IMG/VR virus record: IMGVR_UViG_2698536476_000013
Coordinates: 1-21,560 of that record
Source of the DNA: a virus
Lineage: Duplodnaviria > Heunggongvirae > Uroviricota > Caudoviricetes
Strand: one strand, 5' to 3'
Length of the DNA: 21,560 nt
In this document: positions 1 to 7,070 of the stretch, piece after piece
How positions within the stretch are numbered: the first letter of the stretch is position 1
Layout: each line of letters opens with the position of its first letter
Program-made: the position numbers and the translations under genes
The notes under the pieces: model-generated
The model's database searches: none
What the model was told of the DNA's origin: nothing
Seen by the model: only the letters and a program-made list of their open reading frames with translations

Positions 1-148
1 TGTGTCCATATTACGTGGGTAGGATCACGCAGGGGTCGGCCCATTTGAGCTTCAGATAGGAACGTTTGAATTCCTTTCACAAAATACATCACATACTGAA
101 CGTGAACATTCCCACTTTGATCTTAAGGCCAAAAAGTATGCAGGACTA

Positions 149-1867
149 ATGATTTTTAGGGATAGCTTGAGAGTATTACCTTATGGTCGAGTAGATAATG
201 ATTTCTTCCAGATAGAAGAAAGACGTTCATGGAATGCAGGGCGATATTATTGGTCTAATAGAAGGATTTTTGGTTATATTGGAATTACTCAATCCAGTAA
301 TAAAGAGCTGAAAGATAAGTCGGGGAGAGAGGGATTCATAAGAAACCAGGCTGCAAGAGAACTGAAAACTATTATATCTAATTTGTTAACTGAACTTGCT
401 GATAGATTTTTTGGTTCACGTTCTGATGACCGTAAAGAGCTTTTAGAACAAGTTAAGCGTGAAAAAGAGTTAAGAAAATCTGCTCAACAACAAGCTCGAA
501 AATCAACACAAAAAAGTTTTTCAGAAGCTTTGAAGAATCAGACACCAGTTCTTGATGCTTCCTTGGAGGCTGTTAAAAGGCTGAAAACTAAGCTTGATAA
601 AACTGATGGTTCGTTAGATTTAAACTATCTTAAAATTATAGACAGTGATCTTACAAACTTAGATGCGTTGCGCAGTGAAATTAAAACGCCTATCAAACCT
701 CCAAAACTTGGAATGTATGAAGAGAAATATAGAGACTACAGAGATAAATTTAATGAGTTCTCTGCGTATATTCTACAAATGAAGTTAGCAATTAATAAAC
801 TTGATTCTGAATTAAATAAACTTGAGCCTTCATTGTCAGCGAAAAATCACCTTGAAAAAAATCAAGGTATTATTAATTCTAAACTAACTAAGTTTAATAA
901 CACGATAGAGGAGAAGATACATTCTCTTTTAAAAAAATGGGCCGATGAAATAAAGGTTGATCGAAGTGATTATTATGCTAAAACTATATCAGTTGTTGAT
1001 TCAATAGATAATGATTCACAAATTGAAAATGTGTTTAATTTGCTCGATAGTTTATATGTTGAGTCAGTTGATACCCTAACTTTCAAATATCAATCAATAA
1101 TAAAAGGTCTCGATAGATTATTTGAAGGTATAAACTTAGATTCAGCATTCTCATTATCTGAAGAAGAACGCTCATATTTTGAAGAAAAAGCTAAAAGTTT
1201 AAACGCGCTTGCACAGTTAGGTATTAGTGTTGAGATAATATCTCATGAACTTGAAGAAATGGATTCTATGGTAACCAGAGGACTAAACTCTCTTCCTACT
1301 TCTGTAAAAGAACACCCTGGTTTTTCATTGGCGTTAAATGCTCACAGATCGCTTACTCAACAAATACGTTTCTTATCACCTTTGAAAATATCAGGTTATC
1401 AATCCAGGCAGAGAATAACTGGAAAAAATATCATGGATTATGTCCTGAAGTTCTTTGGGGAGCGTTTCGAACGGCAACGAATAACTATTGAATTTAGTGA
1501 AGAGTTTAAGCAAATCGCAATAACAGATATACCATCAAGGATCTATCCTGTTTTTACTAATATTATCAACAATGCAATGTATTGGGTCAGTCTGTCAAAT
1601 AATAGGCTCATAAAGATTGGTTTTGTGAATTCTTTGGTTATCATAGCAAATTCTGGTCCGGCAATTGATACCGATGATATCCCGCGACTATTTGAACTAT
1701 TTTATAGCAAAAGAGCAAATGGACATGGGGTAGGTCTGTATCTATGTCGAGAAAACCTTGCTGTTGCACATCATAAAATATGGTATTTAGAACCTGATGA
1801 AGGCGATAACTATTTAATAAAAGATGGCGCTAATTTTGTGATCCAGTTCAATGGAGTGGAGTTCTAA
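149..1867 (+). CDS. Soluble histidine-kinase-like protein (HisKA-like H-box plus HATPase_c/GHKL ATP-binding domain), 572 aa
   Basis: The C-terminal third of the translation carries kinase hallmarks: H-box-like 'EIISHELEEM', N-box 'FTNIINNAMYW', G-boxes 'DTDD..LFELF' and 'GHGVGLYL'. The N-terminal ~340 aa is K/E-rich and coiled-coil-like with no obvious transmembrane segment. The frame stays open upstream to nt 23 without a start codon, so a 5' truncation cannot be excluded. Confidence 0.7.
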   Translation: MIFRDSLRVLPYGRVDNDFFQIEERRSWNAGRYYWSNRRIFGYIGITQSSNKELKDKSGREGFIRNQAARELKTIISNLLTELADRFFGSRSDDRKELLEQVKREKELRKSAQQQARKSTQKSFSEALKNQTPVLDASLEAVKRLKTKLDKTDGSLDLNYLKIIDSDLTNLDALRSEIKTPIKPPKLGMYEEKYRDYRDKFNEFSAYILQMKLAINKLDSELNKLEPSLSAKNHLEKNQGIINSKLTKFNNTIEEKIHSLLKKWADEIKVDRSDYYAKTISVVDSIDNDSQIENVFNLLDSLYVESVDTLTFKYQSIIKGLDRLFEGINLDSAFSLSEEERSYFEEKAKSLNALAQLGISVEIISHELEEMDSMVTRGLNSLPTSVKEHPGFSLALNAHRSLTQQIRFLSPLKISGYQSRQRITGKNIMDYVLKFFGERFERQRITIEFSEEFKQIAITDIPSRIYPVFTNIINNAMYWVSLSNNRLIKIGFVNSLVIIANSGPAIDTDDIPRLFELFYSKRANGHGVGLYLCRENLAVAHHKIWYLEPDEGDNYLIKDGANFVIQFNGVEF

Positions 1868-1868
1868 T

Positions 1869-3617
1869 ATGACAGTGGCAAATTATAATTCTCTTGTCCA
1901 GAAAACTTTCTGCGAAAATGCAATTCGTTCCGTTGTCATGATTGATGACGATTTTCTGACGTATTCTGAATCAATCAGGGCGTTGAATAACGAAGTTGAT
2001 TTAGACTACAACAAAATTGACTCATCTAAACGAGCCGCTACTCTTGAGAGCTTTTTTCAATCTAAAAATATGATTTGTGATGTTGACAATGGTTCTGTTA
2101 ATTTCGATGTGGATCGGATTAGAAAATCAGATCTTATTATTGTAGATTATCATCTTGATAATAATGCACCTGATAAAACACTTAAACTATTACAAGATTT
2201 GAAAGACTCCGATCATTTAAATATGATTGTAATATATACTAGAGAGAATTTAGAAACGGTTTGGATGCAGATATCATCGACTCTCAAAGGTGCTCTGGAT
2301 ATCAACAGCTTGATCATTGACTACGATAATGAAGATGTCCAAAGTTATTGGGAAGACGTTGTATTACCGAACTTAAATGATAATGGTAATAAAGCTCTCA
2401 CAAGAGATGAAACAATAGCCTATATTAAAGACAGTAAGCCTTGTAGAAGAATTAAAAGATTAATACATGATGATGCTGTGTTGGAGGATCAAAAGGATAA
2501 AAACTTCATTGCAAAAATGATTGCAGAATATGCTGTGTCTAGAAATGCAATTATTTCTAGCAACACATCTGGCAATGTCATTCGGGGTGATGAAAGCGGA
2601 GTAAAATGGATTCAATGTGGTAATATCTTTGTCTCCCTATTTCATAAGGTTCAAGATGATCATGAAAACGATGGAGATAGGATTTGGCAAACTCTCAATG
2701 ATTCTCTCATTGAATGGAAACCATCTTATTATCAGTTAATAAAATCTGAAATTCAGAATGCAATCGAAGCTGAGGCTTTATCTTTTGTAAATCATTTGGC
2801 TAACGATCATTACGGTCAAGCTGCGTGGTTAAATGAGATATTAAAATCAGACTCGCCTGATATTAGATGTAGAAATATTGACTTTGTATTTGGTAATTTA
2901 TCAGAAGAGCTTTATCAAAGACTTAAAAATAATAATACGCTGGATGAATTTATCAAAAGTGTTTTTGATAGCTATTCAAATGAATACGCTAACAGCGGAG
3001 TTGCTGCATTGCTCCAATATTGCTCTTCAAAAATGGATCTGCCATCAAATAATGATACTTATCACGAAATGTATCATGCTTTAAATATGAATTTGTCTTC
3101 AAAGAATTTTGAAGATGGTCATATTTCTACTGGCACTATTTTCTTTGATACAGAGTCGAACAAATGGTATTTATGTGTATCTGCGGCATGTGATTTGGTT
3201 CCTACTCAGGGTAACGACCCTCACCATGTAAGATTAAGTCCGCACAGGCTCATTAAAGTTCTGGAGCTTTTTAACGCCAGTCAGAGTAAAGCATTGCCAT
3301 TTGCTGAACATTCGAAATATATATATGTAATGCATAAAAATCAAAGAAAATATCTCTCTATTTTCGAAGGGGATAAAACGCTTCCTGTTGTTGATTATAT
3401 GGTGGTGTTGAATCATGGAACAACAGTTGATGGCGAAGAAAAAAATATTATTTCTGCCGTGTTTTTAAGTAATATGGATGGCAACGTGCAAAATGTTCCT
3501 GTCCGACTCAAACTTAAATCTCAACTGAGAACTGGTTATGCAGAAAGATATCAGGCTATAGCGTCTCAGTATAGCTCAAGGATTGGTGTGGATTATGTAT
3601 CAATGATGCTACCATAA
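1869..3617 (+). CDS. Receiver (REC)-domain protein with ~450-aa C-terminal domain of unknown function (candidate effector), 582 aa
   Basis: ATG at 1869 is preceded by GGAGTGGAG and lies 1 nt after the upstream stop (TAATATG), indicating translational coupling; the longest ORF starts at 1851. The N-terminal ~130 aa has receiver-like motifs: acidic pocket 'VVMIDDD', phospho-acceptor-like 'LIIVDYHL', and 'NMIVIYT'. The remainder has no motif I can name. Confidence 0.65.
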   Translation: MTVANYNSLVQKTFCENAIRSVVMIDDDFLTYSESIRALNNEVDLDYNKIDSSKRAATLESFFQSKNMICDVDNGSVNFDVDRIRKSDLIIVDYHLDNNAPDKTLKLLQDLKDSDHLNMIVIYTRENLETVWMQISSTLKGALDINSLIIDYDNEDVQSYWEDVVLPNLNDNGNKALTRDETIAYIKDSKPCRRIKRLIHDDAVLEDQKDKNFIAKMIAEYAVSRNAIISSNTSGNVIRGDESGVKWIQCGNIFVSLFHKVQDDHENDGDRIWQTLNDSLIEWKPSYYQLIKSEIQNAIEAEALSFVNHLANDHYGQAAWLNEILKSDSPDIRCRNIDFVFGNLSEELYQRLKNNNTLDEFIKSVFDSYSNEYANSGVAALLQYCSSKMDLPSNNDTYHEMYHALNMNLSSKNFEDGHISTGTIFFDTESNKWYLCVSAACDLVPTQGNDPHHVRLSPHRLIKVLELFNASQSKALPFAEHSKYIYVMHKNQRKYLSIFEGDKTLPVVDYMVVLNHGTTVDGEEKNIISAVFLSNMDGNVQNVPVRLKLKSQLRTGYAERYQAIASQYSSRIGVDYVSMMLP

Positions 3618-3688
3618 TTATTATATTTTAGGCGTGGTGATTTTTTTTCGCCATGCCTATTTTATATTTATCATCACAATGATGTTGT

Positions 3689-4105
3689 TTATTTTTGTTT
3701 AAGTCTTCTAAGCTTCATGCATTCTAATGAGAATAATAATAGAGTTGTGCTGTATATAAAGCCAGAGTTAGTTAATAACTTTAAATTTAATGCTTCAGGA
3801 TTTTCACTGAGAAAGTGAAAGGCATAAACTAAGTATACAGCTAAAGTAGCCGTTCCAATTGTTGGTCCAATATCGCCTTGATCATGAGGTTCAAGGTTTA
3901 CATTGAACTTGAAGATTAGCCATTCAAATCCCCAAGTAAAAAAAACAACTAATATCATGGCTGCGAATAATTTCGCGATGTTATCTGCTGATGGATTCAT
4001 CAGAACAGATTGTTTCTGAAAAAATTCACAAAGTGAGAGTCCGAAAAAAATAAAAAAAAGTGGTCTGGAACTAAATTTTTCAAAAACTTTGAATAGGGTT
4101 TCCAT
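3689..4105 (-). CDS. Small integral membrane protein (3-4 predicted hydrophobic helices), 138 aa, unknown function
   Basis: Hydrophobic stretches 'LFFIFFGLSLCEFF', 'LFAAMILVVFFTWGFEWLIF', 'ATLAVYLVYAFHFL', 'GFIYSTTLLLFSL'. AT-rich like the neighbouring cargo. Lies 38 bp downstream of the integrase stop on the same strand. Confidence 0.5.
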   Translation of the reverse strand: METLFKVFEKFSSRPLFFIFFGLSLCEFFQKQSVLMNPSADNIAKLFAAMILVVFFTWGFEWLIFKFNVNLEPHDQGDIGPTIGTATLAVYLVYAFHFLSENPEALNLKLLTNSGFIYSTTLLLFSLECMKLRRLKQK

Positions 4106-4143
4106 TTTCTTTACCTTCAGGATTATATTAGCTATTCTGATAC

Positions 4144-5373
4144 TTAGGCTACCAGAGCATTTGATCTTTGAGCTTGAACGTAATCACTCCACCATTGCAT
4201 CAAACTCTGTCGCTCTATCAGATATTCTGCACGATTGTATGCTGCGATAATTTCATCTTTTTTCGAGTGGGCAAGCGCTGCCTCAAGAACTTCAGCTCTG
4301 AATTTACCAGACTCCTCTGCCGCTGTTCGTGCAATAGAACGCATACCGTGAGCTACAAGCTCGCCTCCGAACCCCATTCGGATGATAGCTGCGTTGGCTG
4401 TTTGTTCATGCATATGATTAAGAGGCGCTTTTATGCTGGGGAAAACCCATTCTCTATGCCCACTTATTGATTTCATTAATTCAAGGATGCGCAAAGCTTC
4501 TTTACTCAAAGGAACTTTGTGAAGCTTTTTCATTTTCATGAAATCAGCAGGAATGTTCCAAATGCTGTTGGTTGTATCAATATCAGACCACCTTGCGCGA
4601 ACGGCTTCACCCGGACGAACCCATGTCAACAATTGCCATTCAATTAGCATACGTGTTTCCAACCGGATTGACGCATTCGTCAAAGATTCCATAAACCTTG
4701 GCAATTCGCTTGGGGGAAGGGCAGGCATATTTTGCTTTTTTGGTTTACTGAATCTTTGACCAAGGTTGTCAGCCGGGTTGAACTCAATAAGTTCTTCAGT
4801 AGCTGCCCACCGGAAGATTTCATTCAGACGTGAAATGATACGGCGTAGAGTTTCCAATACGCCTCGTTGCTCAATAGGATCAAGGTGTTGTTTTAAGAGC
4901 TTAGGTCGGATCTCATTGATAGGGACATTACCCAGACCGGGAAAGACATTTCTCTCTAAGCTGCGCCAGATGTCTGCTGCATGGTCTTGTGAGATACCTG
5001 ATGTCTTTACCTTCTCATCTAACCATTTCCGCGCTACGGCTTGGAGAGTGTGCTCAGTAGCACTCTTTAATGCCTTCGCCTTATCGTTGTTATGGATTTG
5101 GGGATCAACACCATTTGCCAGAAAGGAGAGATATTCATCACGTAAGGCTCTGGCTCTTGCAAGGGTAAGGTGAGGATATGTCCCAAGGCTCATTTTGGTT
5201 CTTTTCTTGCTCACTGGTACTGCATACCTGAAATACCAATTTTTCTTGCCTCCTTTCGCCAAAGGAGCGATTCGTAGAATCAGACCATCACCGTCAAACA
5301 AGTTGATTTCTTTATCGGCTGGCTTGGTGCTTTTGATTTCAGTGTCAGTGAGCTTCTTAGCGATTTTTGCCAT
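4144..5373 (-). CDS. int: Tyrosine recombinase, P4/CP4-57-type integrase
   Basis: N-terminal arm-binding signature 'LTDTEIKSTKPADKEINLFDGDGLILRIA...WYFRY' and C-terminal catalytic region '...HGMRSIARTAAEES...AYNRAEYLIERQSLMQWWSDYV'. The likely start is the ATG at 5373 (GAGGG RBS); the longest ORF extends to 5415. It sits immediately downstream of the ssrA 3'-end fragment, as P4-type integrases do next to their tRNA/tmRNA target. Confidence 0.85.
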   Translation of the reverse strand: MAKIAKKLTDTEIKSTKPADKEINLFDGDGLILRIAPLAKGGKKNWYFRYAVPVSKKRTKMSLGTYPHLTLARARALRDEYLSFLANGVDPQIHNNDKAKALKSATEHTLQAVARKWLDEKVKTSGISQDHAADIWRSLERNVFPGLGNVPINEIRPKLLKQHLDPIEQRGVLETLRRIISRLNEIFRWAATEELIEFNPADNLGQRFSKPKKQNMPALPPSELPRFMESLTNASIRLETRMLIEWQLLTWVRPGEAVRARWSDIDTTNSIWNIPADFMKMKKLHKVPLSKEALRILELMKSISGHREWVFPSIKAPLNHMHEQTANAAIIRMGFGGELVAHGMRSIARTAAEESGKFRAEVLEAALAHSKKDEIIAAYNRAEYLIERQSLMQWWSDYVQAQRSNALVA

Positions 5374-5538
5374 TTTGGGACCCTCGGTTTTTGGACCCTT
5401 CTTAGTGGGTCCCATTCAGGGTGCCATAACTCGTAGTTCTCAGCAATTCTCACTGGACGACAATAGACGTAAAAAAGCCCGCAGAGCTTGTGCTGTGTGG
5501 GCTTAGTAGACTTCATTGAACTTCAAACAACTAAAAAG

Positions 5539-5574
5539 TGGTGGAGCTGGCGGGAGTTGAACCCGTATCCGAAA
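5539..5574 (-). other. att site: 3'-end fragment of ssrA (tmRNA) including the CCA end, with 2 mismatches to the E. coli ssrA 3' end as I recall it; rest of ssrA absent
   Basis: Minus-strand reading 'TTCGGATACGGGTTCAACTCCCGCCAGCTCCACCA' matches the remembered E. coli ssrA terminus '...TTCGGACGCGGGTTCAACTCCCGCCAGCTCCACCA'. Sequence further 5' of this on the minus strand does not resemble the ssrA body. Confidence 0.75.
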
Positions 5575-5768
5575 AATTCTTAACCAATTGAATATTAATG
5601 ATTTTTCTAATTTAAAATACCTCACGTGCATTTTACGTGCATATTGTAGTACCTCTAACGTCCTGATTCTGTCCAACATTTTGAAGTGTTTAGCCGCCAC
5701 TGGGGCGGTGATTAGCGCTGTTTTGTGCTGTTCATAGCACTTCAAGACTATTCAATTCAGAGCAATCG

Positions 5769-5797
5769 TTGAAGAATTACCCGTAAGGTAATATCAT
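5769..5797 (+). promoter_or_regulatory. Putative sigma70 promoter for the moron operon (TTGAAG-17 bp-TATCAT)
   Basis: -35-like TTGAAG at 5769-5774 and -10-like TATCAT at 5792-5797 with a 17-bp spacer, about 110 bp upstream of the 5909 start. Confidence 0.35.
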
Positions 5798-5831
5798 ACT
5801 ATTTAGGTAACTGCGGTTATCACCATCAAGG

Positions 5832-5866
5832 GCCACTGATGACGCTGTTATCATCAGTGGCTTTTT
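5832..5866 (+). terminator. Terminator-like hairpin (10-bp stem CCACTGATGA/TCATCAGTGG) followed by TTTTT, located inside the 5' leader of the moron operon
   Basis: Read directly: GCCACTGATGACGCTGTTATCATCAGTGGCTTTTT. A second hairpin CTTCACTG-CACAGC-CAGTGAAG at 5871-5892 abuts the GAGGAG RBS. Confidence 0.45.
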
Positions 5867-5908
5867 GTACCTTCACTGCACAGCCAGTGAAGTGTTGAGG
5901 AGACTAGC

Positions 5909-6250
5909 ATGAGAACAGTAGCGAGAAGATCGATACAGACGATTGAGCGTCGGACTCAACTCGTCAGTTCTTTTGTTGACTCAAACACAGCAAACGAGTT
6001 CTTCGTGAGAAGACTGAGTGATCGTGTCTCCCCGGCACGTCAGCTGTTTATTGTGACATTGAACAATGAGGTTCGTGACGGTGACGTGATCCCGTTCGCT
6101 GAGATCGCCATGAACAAAGAAAAATTGCGCTATGTTGTGAAGCCAGCAGATCAGTATCCTCAGTATGTAAGCAGTAATCTGCTGAAGAAAATTGAAGCGG
6201 CAATTGCTCTATACATGCAGAAGAACTACAGGGAAATTAACTACCATTAA
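5909..6250 (+). CDS. Hypothetical protein, 113 aa (first gene of moron pair)
   Basis: ATG preceded by GAGGAG RBS at 5897-5902. No recognisable motif. The next gene starts 11 bp after its stop. Confidence 0.55.
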   Translation: MRTVARRSIQTIERRTQLVSSFVDSNTANEFFVRRLSDRVSPARQLFIVTLNNEVRDGDVIPFAEIAMNKEKLRYVVKPADQYPQYVSSNLLKKIEAAIALYMQKNYREINYH

Positions 6251-6261
6251 AAGGTTGCTGA

Positions 6262-7029
6262 ATGGCTCCTGCGTTAATACCTTCATATAACAAGGACTTG
6301 AACATTACGCCATTTGGCGAAAAACGTCTTATTGAGTCATTCTATTTTTTCACTGCCGAGGTTGGCTTACTGAGGGCTGATGAGTACATTGTCAGTTCTG
6401 GTGAGTTTCAGTACTACTTGGATGTGTATCAACTGGGATGTTCCACCGACGACTTTTTTTTAGACTATGGCAGTGACCTTCTTGATTCGAAGGTTCCAAT
6501 GCAGGATCTGGTCAATACCCTCTTGGGTCTTGATATGGTAGACGATAACAAAACGATAAGAATAGGTCGTATACAGTTCAACGACTTTAATTTTATCGAA
6601 GAGAACGGTCAGATGATGACCGGAAAGCAAGTGAAAAGCGCTGTTATCGCACAGGATTTCCAATCAGCAGGTTTGGCGCGTGAGATCTATAAAATGCTTG
6701 CGCGAAAGCATGAGTTTCTCATCTGCGATAACATTCAAAGTATTGCCGGTGGTGCTCTTTGGGCTAGTAGCATCATTCGAATTGCCGAGGTACGGATCTA
6801 CAATTCACGCACGAAGAAATTTATGGACATACTTGGTCCAGGTGCGCGTGGCGTTTCAGGTACTTTGCCATGGAGTGCGAATGATCTGTCTGTAGATGAG
6901 ATTGTTCGCTGGGGTCGTGCGTATGATGATGAAAACTGTTGTCGTCACATTGTACATGTTATCTGTAAGGACCGACTCATTGACGATCAATTTCATGATT
7001 ATGTTTCGATAGGTGGCGCGACAGAATAA
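6262..7029 (+). CDS. Hypothetical protein, 255 aa (second gene of moron pair)
   Basis: Long ORF in operon arrangement with the 113-aa gene. No motif I can name. It ends just before a bidirectional terminator and is convergent with the prophage int. Confidence 0.6.
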   Translation: MAPALIPSYNKDLNITPFGEKRLIESFYFFTAEVGLLRADEYIVSSGEFQYYLDVYQLGCSTDDFFLDYGSDLLDSKVPMQDLVNTLLGLDMVDDNKTIRIGRIQFNDFNFIEENGQMMTGKQVKSAVIAQDFQSAGLAREIYKMLARKHEFLICDNIQSIAGGALWASSIIRIAEVRIYNSRTKKFMDILGPGARGVSGTLPWSANDLSVDEIVRWGRAYDDENCCRHIVHVICKDRLIDDQFHDYVSIGGATE

Positions 7030-7041
7030 CCATCAAAAAGA

Positions 7042-7064
7042 CCCGGCATTTGCCGGGTTTTTTC
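7042..7064. terminator. Bidirectional intrinsic terminator between the moron operon and int
   Basis: AAAAAG-CCCGGCA-TT-TGCCGGG-TTTTTT: a GC stem flanked by an A-run on one side and a T-run on the other. Confidence 0.5.
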
Positions 7065-7070
7065 TTCAAA

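Larger units (their letters stand above)
1..5574. mobile_element. Integrase-associated genomic island (partial; continues beyond window start), AT-rich cargo plus P4-type integrase next to an ssrA-derived att fragment
   Basis: Cargo genes 149-4105 are visibly AT-rich (long A/T runs, AAA/AAT/GAT/TTA-dominated codons) compared with the prophage DNA to the right. A tyrosine integrase lies at 4144-5373 and the ssrA 3'-end fragment directly beyond it at 5539-5574. Confidence 0.65.

Noticed and set aside
2878-3416. ORFs 2878-3084 (+) and 3234-3416 (-) inside the receiver-protein gene
   Set aside because: Entirely embedded within a longer, motif-bearing ORF; low-complexity translations from AT-rich DNA; no RBS.
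4168-5173. Plus-strand ORFs 4168-4470, 4538-4759 and 4766-5173 overlapping the P4-type integrase
   Set aside because: Shadow ORFs antisense to a confidently identified integrase; translations are Cys/Arg-rich nonsense.
5195-5745. ORFs 5195-5506 (+), 5280-5516 (-) and 5503-5745 (-) around the att fragment
   Set aside because: They overlap the integrase 5' end or the ssrA fragment and lack convincing RBS or motifs; more likely chance ORFs in att-flanking DNA.
5539-5900. A complete ssrA (tmRNA) gene
   Set aside because: Only the last ~36 nt match the tmRNA 3' end; the sequence upstream on the minus strand does not match the tmRNA body as I recall it, so this is an att duplicate and not the gene.
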